64,000 nucleotides of DNA from Phyllosticta citribraziliensis (GCF_038025025.1 NW_027117338.1:3348001-3412000); one strand, 5' to 3'. Positions 13,097 through 25,401 are shown, counted from the first letter of the stretch. Numbers and translations are program-made. Notes: generated from the letters alone by a model not told the origin.

Positions 13097-14100
13097 GTAT
13101 GCCGCTTGCCTCGTCGTCCCATTTCTCACGCAAGATGACTCGGAGATGTCTGTCCTTGCCCTTTGGGTCTCCGATTCCAAAGGAGGAGAGGTAGAGTTAT
13201 GAACTTTGCTTTATTTGAGGACTCAATTTATTCGTGAGTCCGGTGAACCGCGTCTTGAGCACTCAACGAAGCAAGTACAGTGCCCGTCCTGCACATCTGT
13301 CCTGCTCAGGGTACCCGGAGTCTCCTGCATTCCGAGGAAAGGACAGTGCGATGACGACTGCGTTTCTGTCGACTGACGGGACGTCGGCAGTGGCGAGGAA
13401 AGTCACAAGAAAGAAAGCTGCTGCCGTGTCTGTGCACTGCATCTAGAGATATCGCTACACGCCATGTGCTGTTTTCCAAACAGAGCGCGGCGCACATCTC
13501 GGACGGAAAACCACATGTGCCAAATCAGTCCGAAGCTAGCATGAAGTGTTTCATTGATCGAGAGTGAAGACTGACTGCAAACTTCGAGAAGAGATAAGGC
13601 AGTCGGCGATTCTAATGGTACAAAAGAAGGCGCTCACGTCTTGCCGGAAATCTCGTGAAGAAAATCGGAGCCGGAGCGAGGACCACAGTTCCAATTCGGC
13701 AGCAGGTATCTTAGACCGGGAAATTGTGGCGTTGTAGTGAAATGGAAGGATTTCATGTGTAGCATCGACGTCGGCGGGGCCAGCGCAACAGCGGCAAGCC
13801 AGCGCTTCTCCAAGCGGGCATGCTCGCACAAAGGCAGAGGCATAGCGCGGCACACTATCAGCTGACAAGTAGTCCATGTGCCGCAACAAGCTGTGAGCTC
13901 TGGGGTCGTTTCGAGGTTCTGTGTTGCGTTGACCCCTGGACACCTTTTTCCTCTCTTTCTGCCTGCTGATTTGCTGCTGTTGGACAAGGCTGCGATGCAC
14001 TCGGATCGATGTGTGACACTGAATTTTTGAGAAACGGTGGGAGGGCTCGGGAAGTAGGACACGGGTTTGTGGAACCCGTGGTTGGAGGGAGCGGTGTCAC
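13097..14100 (+). ncRNA. Candidate large structured non-coding RNA, possibly intron-hosted; unidentified
   Basis: About 11 mutually compatible stems of 6-13 bp, a GTATGC splice donor at 13097, candidate branch/acceptor sites at 13861-13872 and 13965-13988, and no credible ORF. Confidence 0.35.
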
Positions 14101-14376
14101 GTGGAAGATTGAAAGGAACAGACGGGGGTTAGACATATCTGAGGACTGGATAAGCGAAGGAAAGAAAGAATTTTGATAGTGCTCGGAGGTCAAAGAAATC
14201 GTGGGGGGTTTCTGGCCAAATTTAGATACCAAGAGATGCGTCAAAGGAAAAGACATGGGCAGACTTGAGACGATTGACAAAGAAACTTCTAAATTACTTC
14301 TTCGCGTTACGAAATGACGACTCACCAGCGCCTGCAAGGCGAGCCTTTCTACATCTAATCAAAATCGGGAATCCAC

Positions 14377-16389
14377 TCAAACCTTGGAGGCTTGATCGCG
14401 TTGCCTAATGACCTCGTCCTTGAGGACACGCTTGAGAATCTTGCCCGAGGGGTTGCGCGGAATGGCGTCAGTAAAGCTAATGACAGCACCACCCACCTTG
14501 TAGCTAGCCAAGTGTTGCAGGAGGAAGGCCTTGACGGCCTCGGGTGTAAGAGACGAGCCGGGCGAGCGAATGATCTTGATATAGACGCGCTCGTTCATGC
14601 CGTCGGCGTCAGCCACGCCAAAGACGGCCGCGTCCGGAATCTCCTTGTGCTGCAGCAGGACGGCCTCGATCTCGACCGGCGCGACCTGCCACCCCTTTAC
14701 CTTGATCAGATCCTTTACGCGGTCGGTCAGGTACACCATACCGTCGCGGATCATGCCGACGTCTCCGGTCCGGAGCCATGTGGGATCGCTGGGCAAGTAG
14801 GCGTCCTGCGTCGCAGTCGGGTTCTCGTGGTAACCCCTCATGACCGCTGGACTACGAATCACAATCTCGCCGGTGGCATTGTCGTCACCGGAGGCGATGT
14901 CGCGGAGATCGTCGTCCACAATCTTTACCTGAATGTGCGGGAGCGGCTTGCCAACGGCACCGCTGTAGTCACTGTCGGGATACTTGAAGCCCGTGATTTG
15001 GCCTGCCTCGGTCATGCCCCAGCACTGGACGAGGCGCCCGTTCGGAGCCAGCAGGAAGCTAGCCTCATGCTGGACCGACTTTGCCAAAGCGGCACCTGCA
15101 CAGGTGACCTGGTGCAGACCCTTGAGCGACGCCTTCTTGTCACCGGGCATGGCCAGCCAGCCCAAGATCATCGGTGGCGCGGCAATGGACTCGGTAATGT
15201 TGAATCTGTCCAAAAGAGCGAGGTACGTGTCAGGAATGTAGCGGCGCATGATGAACGTTGGGACACCTTCGTGGAGCGGGGCGAGGATGCCAATGGGGCA
15301 GGCAAAGGCGTGGAATAGCGGGAGGGAAATCAGACGGCTAACTTTGTACGGCTTCTCCTGCACATCCTTCTGCATGGTGCTCTCATGGACAAAGTTTGAG
15401 TGCGTGCGGATGGCGAGCTTGGGCTTGCCAGTCGTGCCGGACGTGGTAAAGTAGCCCGCCGGTGTGGACTTGGCCTGCTCCTCAGTCTGGAAAGTTACCC
15501 AGTCGGACTCACCGTGGAGAAGGAGCTCGTCGAAAGCCCGGTACTCGGCACTCAGAAAGGCGGACTCGCCGAATACAAAGGCAGTGCAGTCTTGCAGGCC
15601 ACTAGCCTTTACCGATTGGAGGACGGTTGAGATGAGCTCGGGATTGGTGACGATGAATCGAGGTTTGGCGGTGTGAAACTGATGCGTCAGCTCGTCGACC
15701 TTGTAAGCAGGATTGGAACCAGCGTAGATACCACCCGCTCCGACTACTCCGAGAGCGATAGGGGGATACATGATCTGAGACATATGTTAGCACTGACTTA
15801 AAAACAATATACGCTAGGAAAAAGAGAGGGAGGGAGTCTCTTCAACCTCGGTTTGCGCTCTGACGACTCTGCAAATCGACTGGTCGCACTGGCAAGCCTA
15901 GACGCGATGTGTTGCAGAGTGTCGGCAGAGCTCTGCTCTGGATTCACACTGAATGTGTAGCCAGCCAGAAACCGGGTCGTCGAGGTGTCAGTGGCTGATG
16001 TGGTGCGCCGCGTCTACGTCGCATACTCGGACTTCGACGGCAGTGCATACACATAGCCACAGACTGGAAAGGCTGGTGTTGGTTGAGAGCCAACGGGGAA
16101 GATGTGGGTGGGTAGGGGTCATGGGGGAGATACTTACATCATTGGCTGCGTGAATGCAGACAGTGTCGCCTTGCTTCAAGCCGAAAGCCTTGAGTCCTGC
16201 GACAATCTTACGGACGATGACGCGTGCCTGGTTGATCGAGAGGGATCGCGACGGGTTCTCTGCGTCGATAAGAGCCGGGGTGTCGTCATTTGCACTAGTG
16301 CTGCCAGCAGCACCAAACACATAGGTAAGAAGATCCAGCTTCGAAAGGGCGGCGAGGTCAGTGGTCGTGCGGTAAGACTGAGCGGACAT
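14377..16389 (-). CDS. 4-coumarate-CoA-ligase-like adenylate-forming enzyme (AfeA-like)
   Basis: AMP-binding motifs TTSGTTGKPK, QCWGMTE, WLRTGD, DRVKDLIKVKGWQVAPVEIEAVL, PRNPSGKILKR; C-terminal SKV. Exon 1 is 16389-16138, intron 16137-15775. Confidence 0.9.
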
Positions 16390-17578
16390 GTTTGCTATTG
16401 GCGAAGTGCTTGAAGGAGGTGACTGTTGCTGTTGTTGTAATGAGGAACTGTTTGATTGTGATCTGGAGATGTTAATGTGTGCTTCGTCGAGATACTTAAA
16501 CCCTTTACTTGACCAGATCATTGTTGAAGAATCACCTATCCATAGATATGAGGCGGCAATGGGATGAAAGAATCCTTTCCCGGCTTTGCAAAGACAATCG
16601 CCTTGACTTCCACCAACTATGTCTGCACAAAGAGTTTTTATCCCCCTTCTTTGTTCTCGTCGACGCTGAACAATGATGAAAGTCTTTGCGTCAAGCATGA
16701 CAAGGAGACCCTTTGACGGTCACGGTGAATTCAGAGGCATTGTGCTCTCCATTGTAACTCAACAATGCAACGCTGTGTCCAGCCCTGCGCAAGTTGGATG
16801 TTGCCGTTGCAGTTCCCGGCGCATCTGCGTCGAAAGAGCGGGAAAGGAGACTGGGAGCAGTGACGCATGTTGGCCGTCGCCTCTGTCCGCTTAGAATCCT
16901 GGCAACTTACCCCAAGTCTCTTCGGTGCCTTGGGCGTTTCGTGATCCCTCACTGAAGAATGTCTATTCCGGGGCATCTCTTCATCAGTGCGGCTCGTTGC
17001 GAAGTGATGCGCCTCCACTACACGGCTCTCTCCTGGTGTACCGGTCTGTGTCGCATTCTGTGGCCCATTAGCCCAAACCATGCTCTGCGCGACTGTCAGC
17101 TACTTGGTCCATTCCTTTCTGGATAGAAGGGGCCAGCTATAAAGCCTCGAAGGTTCCGTAGCTGCTCACTAGCCGTTCAACTTTGCTGTCAGTCGTGTTC
17201 CTCAGTCGCGTGTGAGGCACAGGCACCCAGATCTTGTTATCCCCGATCTCAGTCTTTGATACACCAAGCATGCCAGAAGACCAGATATCCGTGGTTGCAA
17301 AAGGTCAGTTGAAGGGTTGTGGGAAAGTTTAGGCGGCTTACCAATTGTGAGACGCAGAAACTTGTTTACAACCACTGGGTTCACAACGGTTCAAGTGTCC
17401 CGATCGCGGTACAGTAGATCTGCAGACATCTGGTACAGCGATTGTCGAAACCTGGAGCCCGGTTTTCCCAGATGCAGCCTACCTTAAAGTCACACCTCTG
17501 ACCCTGCAGGACATTCCGGATATCTCGCGGTCGCAAAATCGCGTCGGAAGAAAGCCAACGAAACGCTCTTCCGATTTC

Positions 17579-19063
17579 ATGAAAGCAACTCATGACCAGG
17601 ACGATCGAAGCGAGCCTGTGAGACCGACCGACGAGTCATTTTCTGCAGATGAAGAGGCTGCAGGGGATGCAGCCCGACAGGAGACATCTTGGAGAACCAC
17701 TGCAGGATCTTTCGACGAGGATCACGACGAGTTACCAGCGCGGCTCAACTCTGGAGTTTTCTCCTGGATTCGATGGAAATTCTTCTCGACATATCGCAGG
17801 ATTTTCACCGTCGTTTTCCTGCTGAACGTAGCCGTCGGCACTTGGGAAATGGTTTCGACCGGATTCAAGCTCAACGATCTTGGGATGGGGTTCGAAATGA
17901 CAGATGATATGGCGACTGCGGCATCAGCGAATCTGTTCGTGGCCATCCTCTCCCGAAACGAGCATGTCATCAATGCCCTGTTCGCCATCTTCACGTCAGT
18001 CCCGACGTCCAAATCCCTCTGGATTCGCCGCATCTGCGCCATGATATACAGCTACGGTGGCATTCACAGTGGATGCGGAGTGGCGGCCACTCTCTGGTTC
18101 GGGATGTACACTTCTCTCATACTGTACGAGTATTTCCAGGGATACCAGAGGTCTCCAGCCTTGAGCGTGCTGGCATGCGTCGTGCTCGGACTACTGGTAC
18201 TCATCCTTGCCGCTGCACATCCGAGGATTCGATCAGCCTTCCACGATCACTTTGAATGGACTCATCGCTTTGGAGGTTGGACCCTGCTTGCCATTCTGTG
18301 GGCGCTGGTGCTTGTTGGAGCACTTCCAAGGAACAGAAAGAGACACGCGGGTTTTGTGATCGATCTCGCCCGGACCCCCTCCTTTTACTTCGTTCTCCTC
18401 ACAACCATTCTCGTGGCTTATCCTTGGATGCGTCTGAAGCGCCACGACATTGAAAGCGAGCCTCTCTCAGACAAAGCAATCCGCTTGAACTTCAAGGGTG
18501 GCGATCTCGGGCTTTGCTCATGCGTTCGCCTGTCGGATAGCCCGGTCAAGGAGACGCATTCATTTGCCGCAATACCGAGGACAGGAAGAGAATTAGGCTT
18601 CTCGTGCATCGTTTCCAATGCGGGGGATTGGACTCGACGGCTGATCAATAGCCCGCCGCGACACATGTGGACGCGGGGTGGGCCAGTCAACGGCATGGCC
18701 AAGGTCGCTAGGCTGTTCAGACCAGTGGTCTTTGTTGCGACAGGCGCTGGAATAGGCCCGGTGCTCTCCTTTGTCGTAGGGAAGCCGGATCACCCCGTCC
18801 GCATTATCTGGTCGACGCGCAATCCGGAAAAGACGTTTGGCAACGAGATAAGCTCCGCGGTACGACAAGCAGATCCAAACGCAGTTATAATCGACACGGA
18901 CGTTTCTGGTCGACAAAACTTGGTGAACCAGGGGTACAAACTTTTCAAAGAAGCTCAGGCAGAGGCAATCTGCGTTGTGTCAAATCCCCGCCTCACCAAT
19001 GAGGTGGTCTTCGAGATGGAGTCCCGAGGCATCCCGGCCTTTGGTCCGATATGGGATTCGTGA
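17579..19063 (+). CDS. TmpA-like membrane flavoprotein (ferric-reductase-like TM domain plus FAD/NAD(P)-binding domain)
   Basis: 494-aa single-exon ORF with ~6 TM segments, His motifs GGIHSG and HDHFEWTHRFGGW, FAD motif HSFA, NAD motif VATGAGIGP, and C-terminal GPIWDS. Confidence 0.85.
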   Translation: MKATHDQDDRSEPVRPTDESFSADEEAAGDAARQETSWRTTAGSFDEDHDELPARLNSGVFSWIRWKFFSTYRRIFTVVFLLNVAVGTWEMVSTGFKLNDLGMGFEMTDDMATAASANLFVAILSRNEHVINALFAIFTSVPTSKSLWIRRICAMIYSYGGIHSGCGVAATLWFGMYTSLILYEYFQGYQRSPALSVLACVVLGLLVLILAAAHPRIRSAFHDHFEWTHRFGGWTLLAILWALVLVGALPRNRKRHAGFVIDLARTPSFYFVLLTTILVAYPWMRLKRHDIESEPLSDKAIRLNFKGGDLGLCSCVRLSDSPVKETHSFAAIPRTGRELGFSCIVSNAGDWTRRLINSPPRHMWTRGGPVNGMAKVARLFRPVVFVATGAGIGPVLSFVVGKPDHPVRIIWSTRNPEKTFGNEISSAVRQADPNAVIIDTDVSGRQNLVNQGYKLFKEAQAEAICVVSNPRLTNEVVFEMESRGIPAFGPIWDS

Positions 19064-21015
19064 ATTCTTTTCGGTGCGCTTTCCTTCCTTTTCTTCCTGC
19101 GGGCGGCAACACTGACGGCCTCTTTCGACGACGTATTGATTATTGCGAGTACAACTAGACCATGAGAGCGGGAATCTCATCACCTGACGGCTGGTTGGAA
19201 GAAAGTCTGGTTTGTGTTAGATGGAGGCACGTTTCCCGCTGTATCTATCGCCGGGGTATTTCCTTCTTCTACGGCTGTGCTTCTTTGCCAGATTTCGCAA
19301 CGCTTCACGGCAGACTTTGGCAATCCATCACCACGTGGATGATCTTGGGCGGATAGCGAGCGCCTCTCTTGGGCACGGCCTTGAATTTTGGCGACGGCAG
19401 GCGAAGTGGTACACGGTCGAGATCCCTGAACATACTTAGAAGCTGTATCACTTGTTCAAAGCAAAACAGTACAGTAGAACCTACTTTTCGCCCGCCAGGA
19501 GTGTTTTCAACGGCCAACATGAAGCGCAAAAAAGGTGTTGGCGTCAGAGTCGAATTCGCCATTCCGCGACGCTGCTGCTGCTGCATCTGTTGGGCTCTTG
19601 GTGCGCAAATATGTTGGATCGCCGGGTCGGGTCGCGGCAACGTGCATGTGCTCCCAGGAGCCAGGATATCCCTCATCTTGGCTGGTCATGTCGGGAGGAA
19701 AGAGAAGAGCATGTCAAGGACTGCATTTGCGTTTGGCCAAGCGTCGGATTGGCAGAATTTGAAAAGTGGTGGTGAAGCCACCGAAAACCTGAGACAAGCG
19801 AGCGTATTCCTTGTACCTGCCATGATGGCGAGGCGCAAGCCACGCTTCCCTTCTTTGTCCTCATGGCGGTTGCAAGTGGCCGCGGCAGACATTTCGCAGC
19901 TTGGCACTGTCTGCTGTGCTGCTGGCAAAGTTTCCCGCGGAACACATTGATGTGGTCATGTCCAACAGGCGTGAAGAAGCGCCGCCACAGTTTCGCGTCA
20001 TTCTTGCCGAACGCACCTGAAGTGCGCGCAGGTTGAGCACAAGCAGCTCAGCCATAAGCGATCACGGTCGAATTTGCATTTGGTTTCGCCGCGAATCGGT
20101 TTTCATTCCGATGGCTGAGCTGGGGCAAGACGAGAATGTGTTGATGATCCCGACGCTGACGACAGCCTCTGCCACGATGTTGATCATGGATCCACAGATA
20201 GCCCGTGGTGTCGCATGCTGAAGGTGTTGGAAGAGCAGAGCAAATGCGGCAAAGACGCGCGGCCGGGTCAAGCTGCCAGCATGCGACGCGAACCTGTCAG
20301 CCCTATGATGATTTGCAGAGGATGAAGGGCGATGAGGAGGCCTGGGCGAGATGACGGCGCAGAGAGGAGGTTGTGGCTGGCGGCTGGCGGTTGGCGGCTG
20401 AGGAGGAGGTGTGGTGTTGGTGTTGGTCGAGGGCCCGGCGCAGTGGGTCGCTAAGATTCGCGTCGTGAGAGTATTCCAAATCAACCACCACCAGAACATC
20501 ATCTACCCACCGCATCCCTCCTCCAGGCCCAGCATCGCCGCTTGCTAGTCCATCACCTGCGCCAGCGTCGTGTTTCGTTTTAGGCCTCTTTGTCACCAGC
20601 CCTGCGCTTATTTGTCAATCTCACTGCCTCTTCCGCGCCTTCGTATGCTTGCCTATCCCTTGGCCCGGTAATTGTCTTCTCAAGTCTTGTCTAATTATCG
20701 CGCGCACGGGGCTTGACAATCTGGTTTTACCTGCGCCTATCAAATACTGTGTCGGGAAGGCCGCAAGCGGTGCGAGGGTTAGCATTTGCCGAATCCAAAT
20801 GCCTTGCGTGGCTATTAAGGTCTGTTGACTCTGATTTCTTCTCTTTCCCATGTGCATCGTGTCGTCTCCAACCTGGTTGCCTGCGGAAAATTCTTCTCGT
20901 CCGTCGTGCATCAATTTAGCAGCCGTGCGGCGCTCGCCACCATCCACCTTTATAAAAGCAGCCAAGGTCTTTCAGTCCTTCTCTCCGTCAAGCTTTCCTT
21001 TCGGCTTCTTCCGCC

Positions 21016-21246
21016 ATGGGCTCTTCCAGAGACATACAAAAGGCTCATCGGTCATCCTCATCATTCACAAGACCCCATCCATACTTGCCGCCGACACGTG
21101 CCTCGTCCATTGCGTCCTGGAATTCTTCCGTACCGCGTCGCTCGAACAAAGTCCAAGCTCAAACACATTCCCCGTTCGCAGTCGATCCAGCTGTCCAAGC
21201 CTACCTGCAGCTCAAGATGGCGATGATGAAAAAGTCTGGCACATGA
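21016..21246 (+). CDS. Putative 76-aa small protein of unknown function
   Basis: TATAAAAG at 20951, a CT-rich leader, and a strong start context CCGCCATGG; no recognisable domain. Confidence 0.3.
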   Translation: MGSSRDIQKAHRSSSSFTRPHPYLPPTRASSIASWNSSVPRRSNKVQAQTHSPFAVDPAVQAYLQLKMAMMKKSGT

Positions 21247-23921
21247 CGGATTCTGCCAATTCATTTCGCTACCACCATTTGGCGGCCTTCGCTGCCATTG
21301 CCACTTTCGTATGGACCTATGCCAGGGAAATTCACCTCAAAATCATGCGGGTACGCAGGGCTCATTCCAAGGTCGTCAAATCTCTTCGACGCCAAATACG
21401 CATCTGGAAATGTGGAAACGAACTGCCTCCGGGGGCAGCCCAAACCCAAGTTGCGTCGACTTGACGGAAAGCAACGGCAACTGGCGGTTCCGTCAACCTC
21501 GAGATCTTCGAAACATGTTCCTTCATGCGGGCTGCTTTTTCAGCTTTGCAAACCAGGCAACGAGGTTTCTCCGCCTTTCTTTCAGCAACTACGCCGGCCT
21601 TGCATGCGCCTTGGTCAATCTCATCGAGAGACATTTCCTACGCCCTCCGGCCTTGCGTTGGCATGAGATGCTAAGACACATCCTGTCTCCTTACGCGAGA
21701 GTCGAAATGACACAAACTGGTCTGCGCTGGAACACATGCAAGTCATGGCTTTAGACCCCGCAACCTCAGCCTGTTTGTGATCTCTTCTCAACACCACGCC
21801 TTCCGCACACCATTTTCTCTGTGTTTAATCAACATCGGCCAGGCCGACAAACTTTTCTTCTACACTGTTGTTCATTTTATCTTGCAAATTTAATGAAGAG
21901 ATAGCGATCTCACAGGTCACTTCAGTGATCTTTTCCTTCTGTCTCATCTTACTTGGCTGATTGATGGGCTTTTCACCATCTCTGCAAATTTTTAAAGCTC
22001 AGACAATGCATTTTTCTCAACACCGCCCATCATGTTAATGCCTGTCGACATGTGCAAGCAGTGAGTGCCATTACGCATCTTGAGCAATTTATCAGTCTCC
22101 CTCCAAGCCAAAGATCCTGGCCAGTGCACCAATGAAATCGCTTATGACATCGTCGCGCGTCGATACATAGAAACGGCATCCGCTATCATTTAGCAGTCTT
22201 TGCGGCCAGTGCAAATATTCTACCAATCACCTATCACTGGCGAATAGAAATTCTGAGTCTCGTCCAAAACAAACAGGAGTCGACGATTCTAGTAGACGGT
22301 TTCTCCCACAGTCGCGGGATCCCATGGGTTTCAAGGAGACATCTGGTGGAAGGAGTGGAGTACGGAGCAGAAGACGCGGCGGGAGGAGACCGCCTTTATA
22401 GGAGCTTTGAGCTTCGGCCTCAGCAAGCGAAGCGGTCGAAGCTTTGGTGGCTGCGGTGGCTGCCACCTAGGCACTCATGCGGCCAGAGCTTTGGCCACTT
22501 CCGCTTTGGGCATGCTGATGTATGTCGAACGTCGAAGAACTTGGCTTGCGTTGGGTGGGAGCATTCGTCCTTGAGAACTCAGTGGAAGATGTCAAGGAGT
22601 GATCGTCCTCAAGCACCCAGTGAAAACTGTCAGGGATATTCTCAAGATCTCAGTGTAAACTGTCAATGAGCGTCCGTCCTGCGCACCACAGGGAGCACTG
22701 CTGGGAAGCATACGTCCCGACGACTGCTGAGTATGACTAGGGAGCATTCGTGCCCAGAGCTCTAGGCCGGGAGGCAGTACCGGGGAGTAGTCGTCCTCGA
22801 AAGTCCACCGCAAAAAGTATATCCGAGGGAGGCAATGTCAGAAACGTCTGTCAAAGCTCCCAGACTTGCCGTTCCTGGACTAGCACAGCACGTTGTCGAG
22901 CTAGCGTCAAGCTGGTCGACTGCTCCCCAACCGCCACCGAGGGCTCGTTTTCCAGCCAGCAAGGGAGATGCACGTGGACCGGAGAATTATCCTCGCCATC
23001 GAAACAGTCATTGGCACATTGGTCGGTAGTGTGCGCGCGGGGATTTGATGTCAACACCGTCAATGGTCGAGATCACTCCACTGCCTCTGGCCTCCATCAC
23101 TCAGTTTTCACTCTTCCCAAGGATGTCGACAGAGGTGAGGAGCGCCAAATCTCCCGATCTCGCCCCTTCATTCGCACCATCGCGAAATGGCGCTTCGCCG
23201 AAACGGGCATCAGCGGACAAAACGAGGGAGCAAGCTTCCATTCAATCGGGACAAAGACCAATTGAGACTTTTCCTGCAGCGACGTGGTCTAGCTGTTTGT
23301 CGATCGTCGCGTTGCGTCAAAGAGCGTGTTTTTGCACGTGGATGGAAGCGTCCAGGCGTGCCTTGATGAGGTTTGATGGGTTGACACTTCAGACCTCTGT
23401 AGGACAAGCCATGGGATTTTCGAGCATATTCCACGGCCGCGAAGGGGATTGACAGAATTGACGGTCCATTCAAACCCACTTCTTCATGTTTCGAGCGCTT
23501 GATGTGACAGGACGCTCAAAGGAAAAATCCCGAATCGGGGTTCAGCGAAAGGGCGGACTATCAGACTAGTCCTAAAGCCGACGAGTCCCCTATAGACCCA
23601 GCCAGAGCAGCGAGTCCTCCCTCGCTGGGTCAACTCAGCCCAGACCGCGCACCTCCGCATCGAGATCGGGACTCTTCAGAGGGCAGGTTGCCGACTGGTG
23701 AGCGAGGAGACAGAGAGCGCTCTGTCAATCCGTCAGTCAGTTGCACTGCTGCTGAAATCGTCCATATGTCATAGCGAGCTCTATGACCAGCGGCCCCCTC
23801 TTCTCCTCCCTTCCAGGAGCATCTTCTCCATCTCCGAGCACGCGTGCTTGTCACACTGGCTGTGTCGTCTCGCTCTTCTCGTCATTCCTCGCTCCTCCGC
23901 ATTCCGCACACTGCTATCGCA

Positions 23922-25401
23922 ATGGCAGCTTCTTCACCCTTGGTGGGCGGTGGTGGGACAGCATTCCTCCAGAGCTTCCGCAATCCCCTGCGTCTCTTCT
24001 CCAGACACGCTTACTCCTCCCCGCTGCTGTATGCCCAGACCGTGACCCCAGTGGTCCCCGAGGCGCCTGTACATGTCGGATGGCAGGCCCTCGCTCCAGC
24101 AGTGACGTTTACCATCTTGGCCGGGCTGGCAGTAATTGCGCGATGGTATACGAGGGCTTGCCTGATGAGACAAATAAGGCTGGAGGACTGGATCGTGTCG
24201 CTTAGCTTGGTAAGTTTGTTTATGACAACGCACTCATTGGCAGCCATGGAAGACTAACGGCACTCAATGCGTAGATACTTTCAATCGCCATGACCGCAGT
24301 GATTGGAGTGGAAGTGCGTACAGCAGAGGAGGGCCCGGACAAGGTGAATAGGGCGTTTTTGTCGAAGATGGCCAGGGTAAGCAATCCAGACAACAAAGAA
24401 GCTCGCTTACTTACAGCCGTTTAGCTGGTCCTGTCGAGCAACATCCTCTACCAAATCTTGATCAACTTGACCAAGTCTTCCTTCTTCATCCAGTACCTCC
24501 GGCTCTTTCAGCCGACGTGGGTCCACCGGTCATGCAAAGTGTCGCTGGTCGTCATCCTGGGCGTCATGTGCTGGGGCGTCTTTGGTGGCATCTTCCTCTG
24601 CAAACCAGTCCGCCGATACTGGGATCCTTCGGTCCCAGGGACGTGCATGGACATTCAGACGTACTGGTTCAGCACGGCCGGGATTGGAGTGATCATGGAC
24701 TTTGTCGTGTGGCTGATTCCAATGCCATTGATCAAGGGACTGAATCTGCCCATGCGGCAAAAGCTCAGCGTCTTTGCCGTCTTCGCGCTGGGTGGCTTGT
24801 AAGTAGGGAGGCATTAGGCTGCCGCATCCGTTGCTAATCCGGCAAACACAGTGTCTGCGTCGTCAGCATCCTCCGCCTCTCCCTCGTCCACTACTACGCT
24901 GAACGAGACGCGATGAAGCGTAAGTTCCTCATCGTCGACGAGATCCGAGCGTCCTTCCTTACTTCTACAGAATCCGGTGTTGCGGCCATCGTTTGGTCCA
25001 CGGTCGAAGGCAACGTCGGCATCATCTGTGCCTCTCTCATGGTCATGAAGCCGCTCGTTGCAAAAATCTTTCCTTCTATTTTAGATACGAGCCACTCGTC
25101 GAGCCGGACGATGCGCCTCCCGACCATCCACGATAACCTGACGTGGACTTCGACGGCGAACACGGAGACGACGTGCGTTGCGTCGCGGCCGACGAGCATG
25201 GTCAAGCCGCCGATGGGAATGAACGATATTTTGCAGGTTGTCACCATGGACAGCGTGGTGGAAGAAAAGAAGAACAACGAGTACGGGCCGCGGCGGGAAT
25301 CGGACGCAAGCGAAGCGCTTGATTTTGGCCATTACCAAAATTTCCCTGAGCGAGTCGTGACGAGAGACGGGAGACGGGTTTCGGCATGGAAAGCATTGTA
25401 G
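23922..25401 (+). CDS. PTH11-like (rhodopsin-domain, non-CFEM) integral membrane protein
   Basis: ARWYTR...LEDW, NLTKSSFFIQYLRLF, CKPVRRYWDPSVPGTC, DFVVWLIPMP, QKLSVFAVFALGG, WSTVEGNVGIICASL; four GT-AG introns. Confidence 0.88.

Noticed and set aside
13097..13880. U3 snoRNA, snR30 or RNase P/MRP identity for the structured region (GATGA, GCGATGAC, CTGACAAGT, GAGGAAAGTC, GGGAAATT look-alikes)
   Set aside because: U3 box A (AGGATCATTTC), snR30 m1/m2 and properly spaced P4 strands are absent; the matches are short and spaced inconsistently.
19100..23900. Numerous 60-200-aa ORFs in the gene-poor interval
   Set aside because: No recognisable motifs and no consistent splice structure; only the TATA-supported 21016-21246 ORF was retained, at low confidence.
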